Below the pieces are notes generated by a model, which saw only the letters and a program-made list of their open reading frames with translations, searched no databases and had not been told where the DNA came from. From the NCBI RefSeq assembly GCF_006345805.1, contig NC_043005.1, positions 75,330,001 to 75,394,000 on the forward strand: a DNA stretch of 64,000 nucleotides. Reading direction: 5' to 3'. Position 1 is the first letter of the stretch. The number at the start of each line of letters is the position of its first letter. Source of the stretch: Octopus sinensis (Eukaryota). Below, piece after piece: positions 22,789 through 36,300 of the stretch. The translations under genes and the position numbers were made by a program.

Positions 22789-25700
22789 AAATATTTTAAA
22801 TCCACATATCCATCAGTGCAAAACTAACATTGTTTTTCATTGGACACTGGTATAATCTGAAGAACTAGGATGCAAACATCCCTTGAAGGCATATAGGTGC
22901 TTAACATGACTTTATATACACATCACACACATATCTTCAGATGCTGTTCTTGTCTCCAGACAAAGCAATATTTCCCCCTCATAAACACAATGGCCAGATA
23001 TGAATTCACAGAATATTACAATCAAATGGTGACGTATTTTTGTGAATAGAGACCATTTAGTAAGTGTATATCAAGACAAGGGAGCAAAAACACAAACACA
23101 CAGATGTTTCCACTTACCAACACTCTTCACTCAGAAGGTTTTGTTGACCTTAAAACTAGACTACAAAACACTTGCACAAGGTGACACATGCAGCAGTTGC
23201 AACATAAACCATGCAACCATGTCTGTGCATGCATGCACACATCATCATTACCATTTAAATGTCTGTGTTGGTAGGAGTTGGATGGCTTGACAAGATCTGG
23301 TGTGTCCAAAGACTGCACAGAGCCCTAATGTCTATCTGGCATAATTTTTAGTGGATGCCCTTCCCAATACCAACCACCTTAGTGTCAACATATTCACATT
23401 ATATATATATATAGGGAGAGTTCACGAAAAAAAACACAAGACGAAGACAGGTGATGTACAAAACAAACAAATGTATTAGTATAACGCTCAGGAATTGAAA
23501 AAGTCTTACATTTTGAGCCTATGCTCTTCTACAGAAAGGGACACAGAAAAAAACAAGGTGAGAAAAAAATGTGTGTAGTGGCTACCAATACATACACACA
23601 CACATATTAGGGGTAACACTGAGGATTCAGTTGCCCAATCAACTGAATAACTTACTCCTGAATTAGCATGAGATGCTCAGCACTACACAGACACATGTAC
23701 CCTTAATGTAATTTTTGGGCAGCATCAGGATGACACAGTGCAGTGTGCACTGAGGCTACACCCTTGAAGTACAGAGACATGCTTCAACAGTTTCCATCTG
23801 CCCAGTTTGACTCAAGATAAGGATTAACCAGCATTTATTCACATTGTTTTCAGTTACTCATGCATAATCATGTAGCTTCAAGATTTTTGATATGTGATTG
23901 TTTGTTTTAGAATGACATTGTAGGATTAGCGAGAGAGCCCTAATATGGTCAGCTTGAACATGACCCAGGCAGAATATTTGGGCCAGATTTGGCTGATTTA
24001 AATGCTAAAGGGCTAACCTGAGGCTAGAGAAAAATGATATCTGCCCAATGTGCCATGCAGTGGAACCAAACCAGAGCTGTGAAATGAATTGGCTATTCTG
24101 CTGCACTGCATCCACAGATATAATACATGTGGGGAAGAAGGGGCTTAGATATTCTTTTATTTGTTTCAGACACTGGACTGCAGCCATACTGGGGCACCAC
24201 TTCGAAGGGCTTAGTCGAACAAATCGACTCCAGTACTTATTCTATTTGTCTCTTATTGCTGAACAGCTAAGTTATGGGGACAAGAAAATAACACTGGTTA
24301 TCAAGCAGTGGTAGGACACATACACATGTGGAAGGCTTCTTTCAGTTTCTGTTAACTCTACTCACAAGGCTTTGGTTGACTTGGGGCTATAGTAACAGAT
24401 ATATGCCAAGGTTGCCACACAGTGGGACAACCTGGAACCATGTGGTTGGGAAGCAAACTTCTAACTACATAGCCACACCTACACATTTTATTTATTAAAA
24501 TTTATGTATTAAGTCTTTCCTTGTTTGTTTTGCAAAATAGTGGTTTTGTCTCGAATAATATTTTATATATATATATATATATATATAATGTGTGTGTTGG
24601 GTGTCATGGAGGCAAAGTGACAGAGTTCCTTTTGAGTGTTAGGCCTCACAGAAGCAATGACCGAGACCTTTGGCATTGTCATGCTTAAGACTCATCAAGC
24701 CAAGCAAAATTGCAGTCATGGCTGAAACCAGTGTCATACAAATGGCATCCATGTCAGTGGCACATAAAAGCATATATTACACTCTCAGTGTGGTTGGCAT
24801 TAAGAAGAGCATCCAGCCATAGAAAACCATGCCAAATCAGACTGGAGTCTGGTAAAGCCTTCCAGCTTACCAGTCCTGGTCAAACCGTCCAACCCATGCC
24901 AACATGGACAATGGATGTTAAATGATGATATATATAACACATAAATATACAAAAGTGTTTATGCTACATGATATACACAAGTTAACACCCCACTTTGCAT
25001 GAGACAACCTTATCAATGCTGATGACATGATTAAAATCCACCTTGTACTCTTTGTAAAGTTGTAGGTGATAGCAAGTGCATCAAGACATCGATGCAATAA
25101 TTAAATAAAATGTGCACTTTGCAAGCCCTTTCAAACATTGTCTAAGATGGCAGAAACTCTCTGTAAGAACTCGTACAGAGTAGAGCAGTCTCTTTGGACT
25201 TCACCTGGGGCAATCTCTCTAGTGTCATTAACATGATAAAATGAACCCAAGTCGACTGGGTTTTCTTTTGTGTGGACAAAATGACACCTTAAAAACCTGT
25301 GAAGCAGAAAACCAATGTAAACTAACACAGTAATGGAACATTTGGGGGTGGAAGAAGGGGTATTAACAAAAGATATGACAAAAGGTTAACATTTTAAATT
25401 ATTTTACAGAAAAAAAAAACACAAACAAAATTGAATATATAGACATCAATATATAAGTACCAAGAGATTTTATGAATAGATCTGAAGCTGCTCTCCAACA
25501 CAGAAACTAGGTTATTTGATAGGAAATGAGACAACACAACTAGATAGTCACGTGTTATGTAACTGTACACATGTGGTTTGCATGTATGTATATCTGTAAA
25601 TGACTTATGCATGTTCATGTTTGTACCAATGTATGTGGGTCTGCGCATACACACACACACATACACAAATTCTTCGATGGTATGTAAATGAAATACTTCA

Positions 25701-27882
25701 AACTGGATGGAGATGTATTTTACAGAATCGGTAGTGACTTGTAATTTCTTTACTCGCCATGCCTTCTCAGGTTCGGTGAAGCCCAGTTTCAAATTTTTTT
25801 TTGCTGAAGCAGTTAAATAACTTCTTAATGAACAAGTGTCCTAATAATCACAGATAAATGTAACCTCATAATCTGAATATAGCATCTGCAATTTTCTCCT
25901 TAATAAAAGCAAGCATAGATGCTCACTTTTATTAAGACAATGTTGATATTTGCTGTATAACAGATTTTAACACTAATGTACATTTACTCTTATCTGCTGC
26001 AGATCATTATGGTGGTCTGCTGTGCCTACATTTTTACAAAAGCTTTCATAGGAATATTCCACCAGTAATCTTTCATAATGTCTATGAATATGCCCTCTAG
26101 ATCTTTGTAGCTTCTTATATTGTGGTCTTCAGATCCATCCATTTTACAAGGTGCATTGTACATTTTGGTCACTACATACTCCCTGCAAAGTAGACTGTTG
26201 CAACGAGATTTTTGGACAGCTGCTTGTGATGTAGGTCACATTTTTGGTGCTAATTCCCACAGTATCTGCAGCAGCTCTTACATCTAAGCATGCAAGATAT
26301 ACAGTGTGTGTATGTGTATGTATGTACAGAGTTATGTATGTAAGCAAATCTTTTTGATTAAAATTTATTAGACAACAATCCTAATTTTAAATTAGGATAA
26401 AAATAATAAAAGCAGTGATTTTAATTTGATTATATACAATGTTCTACTGAAACAGGAAACAAGACATTTGTGAAGCCTTATAATATACAAGTGTACAGTA
26501 ATTCTCTACAAGTTATGTAGTAATAAAAACAACCTCCCCGAAATGAAAAAAAAAAAGTTTACAAAAGGGTAAAATCACCTGGATAAAATCCATTTGTATA
26601 GAACAACCAAAAGGAACAGGAGAAAAAAAAAGTAAATTGAGATCAAAAAGATCAATTTTCAGTTGAAGAATGGTATTTATTAAGCGTTAAAGAAGTTTTA
26701 CTTTGTTGCTTATGTTTAAATATTTTGACTTTCTTCTCTCGTTTTGATGTACCAAATATGAACAAAAGAATAGTTAGTAGCTACCAATGGAAAAGTTCAT
26801 TTGAAAGACTTCATAATTCAAAACTCCATTTAGGTAGCCACAATTTCAATGTCATATACATAAAACATCACTCGCAAATGCCATTTTGTCCTCAATTTAA
26901 CAAGGATAAATATGGAATGAACAGAATTAAACCTATGATGTAATCTGTTATAAGTAAAGTATTTTCATGTGGATATACTGCAGTAAAATAATCATGGAGT
27001 TAATTTTTAAGTATAAACTGACAATAACTAAAAAAATTTATTTTCAACAAACTACTTCATTAGATTATCCACACGAAGAAAAATTTAATATTCAAATAAA
27101 AATTAAAATCTGAGAGACAATTCTGACCTTAAACTTGCATCTTCAAAACAAAAAAAAAACTACAAAACTAGAGAAGAAATGATTTATGGAAGAGCAATGT
27201 TGTATTTGATGCCCCCCAAACTATTTTGAAGACCGATTTAATAGATTTCTAACTACCTTTCATCAATCATGTAAGCTCTGGAGGGTAGATACGTTTATAT
27301 ACATTGTACATACAAAACGTCATGTTACATCAGATATTCACAACACCAAAGTTTGTTTTTCTCGAGTCATCAATAGAAAATGTCAAGTTTTATTTGAAGA
27401 GATGATTTTTGTCTCAAATCTTTCTCACACTGTAATAGTCTTTATTTTCTTTTATTTCTTCCCTTTCACCATCTAAACTGAAATAAAAAGTTTTCTTCCT
27501 TTTCACTCTTCTCAAATATTAATTACTTAATGAATGCGTCTTGAAATTACATTTATTTTCATGCTAATATATTAATTCATTTTTTTTTTAAACTATCACA
27601 CACAAGTGCAAGGGTTGGCAATCTCTTATTTCCACATTCATTAAATGAACACGGAAATCCAATAGATTACAATTGACAAATTATACAGTATATTTTTTTT
27701 CTTGATAAGATATGAATGCTTGTGCATGTATAACGAACTTATTATCTTTTTTTTAAAACATACATTCATAATCAAATGCATGAATATGTCCAGGATACAT
27801 AAAAGAGGTTCCAAAAATAAAAGTATTGAAAACAAAATGTTGGAAGGGAAGAAAATCTGAAGTGTGAAATTTAGGGATTTTT

Positions 27883-27975
27883 TCAGCTTAAGTCCATAGA
27901 GGTTGAAGATGAATAGTGTTTTGCAGTTGTATCTCTTCCATTTAAGTCCTTTCGGCAAACTGGACAATTCCCATG
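27883..27975 (-). CDS. RNF115/RNF126: RNF115/RNF126-like E3 ligase, last coding exon (HGNCPVCRKDLNGRDTTAKHYSSSTSMDLS*)
   Basis: Acceptor ctctctattattgtag, phase 0. Supplies the last CxxC of the RING-H2; stop TGA at 27885-27883. Confidence 0.93.
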   Translation of the reverse strand, partial: HGNCPVCRKDLNGRDTTAKHYSSSTSMDLS

Positions 27976-28242
27976 CTACAATAATAGAGAGCACCATTAC
28001 AAAAGAAAAATATCAATACAAATCTCGGTAAATATTCTCCAATAGAAAATGTAAAATAAATCCCGATCCAGTTTGTAGTATTTCATTTATAAGCCTTGAA
28101 AGAATTTCACATACACTCGTGCATATATACACAAATACACACATATACATAAACGTGTATAAAATCATGCATATATACGCATACATACACACATCTATAT
28201 TTATGAACATATCTATACATTAACACATAGTTATAAATACAT

Positions 28243-28290
<48 letters not shown>

Positions 28291-28977
28291 GATGTAGGTA
28301 TATACATATATTCAAATATATATAAACATATGTGCACATATGCATATGCGCACATGTACATACAATCATATATATATATTACATAAATACACAAATATCC
28401 ATACTTATACATACATCCAAACACAAATATACATATACACACCCATAAGTGCACACACAAATGCACATACAAATCTCAACTTATTCCTTGTTATTTCCAT
28501 CTATGCTGGAGTGTAATAGACTTAACTATATTGAGGCAGATTTTCTACAGCTGGGTGCTCTTGCTGCCACCTACACCTGAACATTTGTTCACTGGAGAAT
28601 GTGAACAGATGTTCAGTAATTCAAATGACCTGTAATGACGAGTGAATAGACAAAATTTTAAGACCATTTCCCTGCTCAAAAATCAGAAGTACAGCGAAGA
28701 CATTCTTTGTTTTCTTTCAAAGTATTCTTCAACTTTATTTCTTTTAGACCAATCTTACTTTATAAGCTTTTCACAAAAACAGCTACTCTTAAATTTTCCT
28801 AAGTTTTGTCTTATACGTTGTTTGTTAGCATATGATATTTGTACGCACAGGCTAGACTGGTAAAAAAGTTTGCTTCCGAACCACCTGGTTCCGGGTTCAG
28901 TGAGCAAGTGTCTACTACAGCCTCAAGACAGACCAATGCTTTGTAAATGTATTTGGTAGATAAACAGAAAGAACCTT

Positions 28978-28980
<3 letters not shown>

Positions 28981-29036
<56 letters not shown>
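28981..29036. repeat. (GT)n microsatellite inside a family A SINE
   Basis: Perfect GT run of 56 bp. Confidence 0.95.
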
Positions 29037-29039
<3 letters not shown>

Positions 29040-30861
29040 CATACGTACATGCATGCTAGTTTTTTCCTACTTCACTGCCCAATGATTGTTGATGTGTTTA
29101 CAACCCTGTAACTTAGAGGTTTGGCCGAACAGACTGATAAAATAAGTACTGGGGGTCAATACATTCAACTAAAATTCAAGGCAGTGCCTCAGCATGGCAG
29201 CAGTCTAATGACAACCAAGTAAAAGATAAAACCCAAAAAAAAAAAAAAAAAAAAAAAACAGCTATACCTATCAATGCCTTTAATGCTTGCTTAATCAGTA
29301 AGCTAATGATTCACATTGTCTAATTCTAATTGTATTTTTCTTATGCTGATTAAAAAAAAATATATAAATAGACAAACAAAAGAATCATTGGTACGATGAA
29401 TTGAAGAGTCCAAGATTTTGTGTAAAACTACACAGTTCTGCTCAAACCACCACTTTTTTTTATGGAACCAGCCATCTCATACTGTACATTTAAAGGAGTT
29501 TACTCCAACAAGCCCCTTTTTCTTCATCTTTCTACCTCACTATATACTTTGTCACTAATCCTCACCTTTCTCTCTTTCCATATATGTTTTTCTTTCTGCC
29601 TCTAATCCTCTGTACTAATTGTCATTAACATCAGGTCCTACACTCAGAGTCAGAACCTCCATTGTAACCACAAACATCAGTAGGATTCACACAATCTCAT
29701 GCATTTCAAACCTCACTTCACTCTCTTAACCGTTACCATCTTTAAGACTGTGTACATTCTCATACATCAACATTACTACTCTAATTAACAATTCCTCCAC
29801 TCCTGTCCCTCTCAATGCCCATGTCACTATATTATATGTAACCCCTATCAAAAGCTTTCTTCACATCAAACCCAAGAAACAATTTATGCCCCCAAGATTC
29901 TTCTCTACTGCCTTGCAATAACTGCATCAGTCAATCCCCCTTTTTGGCATAAAGCCTAAACTGCATTCCATTTCATCTTAAGACCACCTCCTCCAATGCA
30001 CCTTCCTTCTTTTTTTTTTTATTTATTTTTTGTCTTCCAAGTACTTGGTGACGCTGTCAGTGTGTCACTTAAAAGCTCCCAGTTCACACTGTAAAGTAGT
30101 TGGTGTTCGGAAAGGAATCCAGCTGTAAAAACCATGCCAAAACTGACCTAGCCTATGCTTGTGCCACGTAAAAAGCACTAAGTCCACTCTGCTGAGTGGT
30201 TAGTGTTAGGAAAGGCATCCAGCTGTAAAAATCCTGCCAAAACAGTCACAGAAGTCTGGTGCACTACCTGGCTGGCGGACGTTAACTGATGATGATTTTC
30301 TACTGTATTCTCTCCATTAGCACTCTATCAGAACAAAAAATGGAAGTATTGGATAATCTGTTCCTTACAATCTACAATCCTGAGGATCACTAAGCCTTTG
30401 TATAGGGAATTGCGAGTACCACAGAAATAAATTTTTTTCTAAAACCAACATGCAGATTTCTCATATCATCACATACACCAACTTTCCCCAGCTTTCATCA
30501 TCTACCCCACACTATCTTCAGGTTTGGTCCTATTTTCACTTTTTATTTCTCATATTCTCAAGTTATTTATCAGCTATCTCCTCTGCTGCTCTTATGACTC
30601 CACTCTTTCTCCACACTGAATATCACCTCAATATATTTCTTCCATAAGTCTATCTGGATTCAAAACAAATTCTCCCATTTCATCTACTAAACACTGTCAC
30701 AATATTTATTTGTTGACTACATATAAACATTGACAGACATAGGCACATACAAATACAGAAGTACAAACACACACACATATATATACATATATAAATATAC
30801 ACGTGCATATAAATATATACCCACATATATACATACATAACTATTCAAATATATGCACACA

Positions 30862-31475
30862 TTGGATGTTGTTTACCTTGACGTGCCACATAAAAGACTT
30901 AAGGCAGAACTCTCTGCAATGAGTGTGAAAGACGATCTTTTTAAGTGGTTGGAATACTTCATTCTCACCCAAAAAAAGGTAGTCATGGTTCTAGGATAGC
31001 ATTCATCATTCTAGGAGATGTCATCTGGTGTACCGTAGGGATCTTGGCTCCTTTTTGCTTGTTGCATACATTAATGACATAGATGCCAACTTAAAAAATG
31101 TCACAGCGCTGAAATGAGATCAGGCTGTACCTTGAAATAAAAAGGACAGATCCTGAACACAATGCAACAATGGATCATGGACTGGCAACTCAAGCTGTCT
31201 GTGGACAAGTGTATCACCATGTATTTTGGGAGGAAAAACCCAGATTCCACATACTCTCTCCACAACACTAATATCAAGAAGTCTTCTTGTGAATGTGACC
31301 TGCACAATCAGTGCTGAACAAAGAACATCTCTAAAATTGACTTTCAGAAACATTTTTTCCCCACTCAGAGTCGCTGAAGCATGGAACAAGCTACCTCCAT
31401 AAGTTGTTAGCTGCCGAGACATTGCATCCTTTAAAACTTCTATGCTTCCTGAAATTCTCCAATACTACACCTGAT
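30862..31475 (+). mobile_element. Decayed CR1-type LINE reverse transcriptase 3' portion
   Basis: Fragments LDVVYLD/VPHKRLKAEL...KWLEYF, SSGVP*GS, YINDID, WIMDWQLKLSVDKC, FRKHFFPLRVAEAWNKLP. Same family as 11952-12256; internally deleted, with stops. Confidence 0.85.
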
Positions 31476-32647
31476 ATCCCTGCACCACACGCATGCACAT
31501 ATATATGAGTCATACCCTATTCACTTTGCTGACATTTGTACATAATTCTATGTACTATACATGCACCTTTGATGAGTTGTAGTGCACCCGAGCACTATGC
31601 ACAATTTCATTATTATATGCTTGTATGTACACATACACATTCTTTTTAATGCCCTCTTCCATGTTTGCATGGACCTTAGAAAATTCACCGAGACATTTTT
31701 TGATGGCTGGAATGCTCTCCCTGTCATCAACATTCACCTTATTTCAAGAAAGGCAATACTTCCCCAGGTCCTTCAAACAATGACCAGCACAGCACGACAG
31801 GTTTCCACATAAGATTGCGAACAAATAACACTGCTTGTATGACTACATTTGTTCACAATTACAATTAACGTATAATGTCAAGACACAGACACACAAACAA
31901 TAGGTGTCTCTCCGTTTTTAACAAATCCACTCATGAGGCTTCGGCAGGCTCAAGACTAAAAAAAAAGAGACACTTGCCGAGGGTGTCAGACAGTGGGACT
32001 GAACCTGAAACCATGCGGTTGTGAAGCAAACTTAATCACAAAGCTGTGTGTGTGTGTGCATATCATGATCATATATATACATATACACACACACACATGC
32101 ATGTAGACATGCACCCACGAGTATACACACACAATTTGCGAGTATACACACACACACACACAATTTGCGAGTACACACACACACAATTTGCGAGTATACA
32201 CACACACACATCCACATGAGTACAGATATTCACACACATCCACAAATATATATACCTCCTTACAAATACACATAGAGACACATATCCACACCATTCTCAA
32301 TGTCTCGAAAAATTAAGCCAAAATAATAGTCAAGAGTGAATGCTCAACAGCTCAAATAGTCAACACGGTGCCATAAATGCTCACGGCTAATTTGGATTGT
32401 CCAATACATTTTTTCGTGTGTTGACTGAAACCAAAAGAGGGCATTATCTATTCCAAATGCATCCAAATATTCGATTAAAATGCAACAAACTCTGGGTATT
32501 AGTGAAAATTTCGTCACCCCACAACACTTTTGTTTTATGGTTTGTGACACTTTGTCAGTTAGATAAGCATTTTTGAATAAAAGGTGGGGAAAAAAGTATA
32601 TATAAGTGTGTGTGTGTGTGTGTGTGTATGTATATATATATATTGAT

Positions 32648-33201
32648 GGGCAAAAGTAGGTATACAGTTGATTAGCATGACTGGAATTTTCTTTTTCAAT
32701 AAGCAATTCATAAGTTGATTAAGGGTCATCATCATTGTTTAACATCCATTTTCCCATGCCGGCATGTGTTGGACAGCTCAACATGGAGCTGGCCAACAGT
32801 CCACACAACAAATGTCCATTGTGACATATTTTCTATGGCTGGAGTTCTTAACACCAACAGAGGGTGCTTTTTAGATGCCAGCAGCACAAGTGCGTTTATG
32901 CAGCACAAGTGTGGGTGCATTGTATGTAGTACTAGCTCCTGAAAGGACAAGCCTGTATGTATGGAAGAGAGCAGTTTTACTTAGCTTGATGCCCAGCATT
33001 CGAAGATCTTTCCTCACCACTTTGTCTTACGTCTTCCTGGGTCTACCCCTTCCACAGGTTCCCTTCACAATTAGAGCTCAGCACTTCTTTACGCAGCTAG
33101 GATGGCTGCAGGAAAAGCCTAGTTCATTGGAAGGCCTGAATTTTGATGCCTTCCAATGCTCGAGTCAGAAGCAACTGTATACCTACTTTTGCCCACCCCT
33201 G
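32648..33201. mobile_element. Tc1/mariner-type non-autonomous element interrupted by family C and RTE fragments
   Basis: Inverted ends GGGCAAAAGTAGGTATACAGTTG (32648-32670) and CAACTGTATACCTACTTTTGCCCACCCCTG|TA (33172-33203). Internal minus-strand EGTCGRGRPRKT*DKVVRKDLRMLG is an RTE 3' end. Confidence 0.6.
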
Positions 33202-33246
33202 TACATACATTTATAGATGGTAAAGAACAATTCTAAATATACTTAC

Positions 33247-33362
33247 CCTTAATAACCACTGATCTATACAATTTATGTGGTATTGATGATTGCAACCCAA
33301 TTCTTTCACTTGTTCACTTAACTCAAATTCATTTAGACATATTGGGCATTGGAGGTTTTTGT
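33247..33362 (-). CDS. RNF115/RNF126: RNF115/RNF126-like exon, RING-H2 domain (D-KNLQCPICLNEFELSEQVKELGCNHQYHINCIDQWLLR)
   Basis: Acceptor ttttatctcttttag, donor AGG|gtaagt; 116 nt, phase 1/0. With the next exon it gives C-x2-C-x14-C-x-H-x2-H-x2-C-x10-C-x2-C. Confidence 0.96.
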
Positions 33363-36300
33363 CTAAAAGAGATAAAAAGTAAAACGACATCTCAGATTGA
33401 AAGGAGACATTTGAAAACAGATAGAAATAGCTATAAATTTGGAAGCAGGAAATTACATGATTAATAAGCACAAAAAAAAAAAAAAACCTCCTACACACCA
33501 AATATTTTTTATTGCATTTACGTTTAAATAAGAGACAGAGAGAGAATTAAAATTTGTTTCAAGAAAAAACTGATTGTTGAGAGAGAAATACAGTGTATGT
33601 GTGTGAAAGATAGATAGGTAGACTTGCCACCAAAGTAACCAACAAGACTTTCACTGTGTAACTCTACTATGAAAGAAAAGGTACGTGCATGATTAACAGA
33701 TATTTTTACTGGCAGCATAGCAACAAGGTAAAGACCAAGTTTTAATAACATTGTGGGAAGATACATTTTATTTGCAATTTACACATTAAAAAGAGTACAC
33801 TGGCCTGTTAATTGTTCATTTCTGATACTGCAAATAATGATATACATACATACACAAAAAATGAAAAAGTGCTGGGTGTGGCACACACAAGAGGAAGGAA
33901 TGTGAGATGGTTTGGACGTGATGTGTAAGAGCGAGAATGGCATTCAGATTACTGTTAAATGTAATGCTTATCTATTCACATCATTTTGAAATAATCATGC
34001 TTTATTTCGTAGTTTCAAGATTTCAACGATGGGATTCTTTATTTTTAGGAAGACATTGTAGGTAGGTATGAAAGGCAGGATCTAGCCAGTCTGAACATAA
34101 ACCAGGTAGAATATCTGGGCCGGATATGGCTGGTTTTTAACTGCTGAAGGACTGAAGTAGATGGTACCCATGGAGGAGGATGACCTAGGAGTAAGTGGGC
34201 ATGGAATGAAGTGGAGAGAACTGATCTCAAGATGTTAAGCCTCACAGCAGAGATGATGATGGAAGATGTCTGGCAATATAATGTTCTAGAGAAGACCCAC
34301 CCACCTCAGTGAAACTGAGTTCTGGAAGCACTATATACCCACCTTATTGAGCCAGACTCCACCTCGTCTTTATGCATTATGCTTGTCTCCCCACACCTAT
34401 ACCTGCAGCTCTTCATCTCTCTCTCTCCTCCCACTGCCAACTGTATCATCTTGTCATACCCCTACATACTCTTATTTCACCACTCGCTCCATTCCACTTG
34501 GCACTCGTGAACTCCCCGCTCACTCACCCACACCACCACTTCATTTACATTCACCTCCTTGAGGATATGAGGGATTGTGTGACTTCTGTTTTTCAACACT
34601 TAAACGGATGTCAAAACTGAATTGTGTTTTACAATCCTATCTCTTCCATTTAAAGCCTTCCAGTAAACTAGGTTAACTTAAACACAAAATATATATATAT
34701 ATACATTGGGGGAATAAAGGAAAATAAATTACTTTTTGAGGTATTAAAAAACACTGAAATTTCTTGCTTTAAATCTTAGTTATACAAGACATTGATATTT
34801 CATTTTCGTATATAGTTAACAAGATTCTTGATATGAACTTGTTGAAACAATTTACTGTATGTCACAAGGGTCATTGTGCCAATAACACACACACTGGTTC
34901 TATTTTACTTTATTATTTGTCAACTGCTAAACTATTTAACCAGTTGCTTAATTGTTTGATTAACCATTCAGTTATGTTTGTCAAAGCATTTTTGCCACCA
35001 TTCATAATCTCATCAAATACATGCCCTCTGAAGCTGACCTGGAATGGAAGGGGACATGTTATTGATGAGGTCACAGATGCTGACTGATCAACCAGTTAAC
35101 CTAACAAATAATTGGTTAAATAGTTAACCAATTGATCTTGCCAAGATCAATTTTGCCTTTCACCGTGGATAAATTAAGTACTACTCAAATACTGGGCTTA
35201 ATGTAATTGGCTTATCTTTTCTGCCAAAACCTGCAGGCTCAGTGTCACAATTTGAAACTATTATTGGCATAATATTCCTGAGATACAAAACTAACAATAT
35301 ACTTATCACTGAAAAAAAAAAGTTGTATTTTAAGTTTTTAAATCTAATAGAAACAGTATCAAAATGAAGTTATAATCATTGCATATAATAGAAAACAGAA
35401 CCAAATAAAGTATGCAGTGTGTGTGTGTGTGTATGTGTGCACTTGTGCATGCCCAGGCATGTGTATTCTCTTTTCTTTATTGGTAAATAGACCACCTAAT
35501 GTTGATATTTGATACAGGGTATGAAATACTGTTCAAAAGCTGAACATTGGATCTGTAAGTTACAAAGTTGTTACAATCAACCCCAACATAATATAATTAA
35601 CAAAATTATTTCATTATATCAAGAATATTGTTCCTTTTATAAATATTTTAAAAGCAATTCAATTTAGTGGCTACTTAAGTTTTACTCACTTTGTCAATAT
35701 ACACAAAGACAGTTTTTCATATATACCACCTCACACATCACCCAAATTGTAACATTCTATTTTTATATTTTCGTTTTCCACATGCCACTTTAAACGCATT
35801 CAAAATTAGTTCAAAATGTAAATGTTTTAATTAACTTTTTTTTTAAAGACTATTTTAATTTTCAACTATGGATACAACAGTAAATTAAACTATATTTTAA
35901 TTTAAGATATTAATTCACTTCAAACTTTTGAAAAGTGTTGTGTTTCTGAGAAACTGGCCTTTCTTTGCACAACATTATTCTGCATCCATATTTAACACAC
36001 ATACACAGAGTACCAGACCAATTATCTGGTAAGCTTGGGATTAAAAGTGTCCCAGATTTCCAGAGAGTCTAAATATATACTTAAAATATAAAATAAACCA
36101 TGAAAAGTAAACAATTAAGTCCTATTTAACAGATTCAAATTAATACACTTGTAAAGCAGGGTCTGTTTGGTATTTATTAATCCACTTAAAATATATATTT
36201 CACAAAGGATGAAAATTAAATGAAGAAAAATAAAGGACACGATTTTAACAAATACAGGTACAAATTAATACAATTCTACAGCAGAATATCTTCAATCTTT

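Noticed and set aside
23426-23585. Minus-strand TGTAGAAGAGCATAGGCTCAAAATGT, resembling a second hammerhead core in a PLE-like terminal repeat
   Set aside because: Both CUGANGA and GAAA are non-canonical here and no helix I or III is evident. At most a decayed relic.
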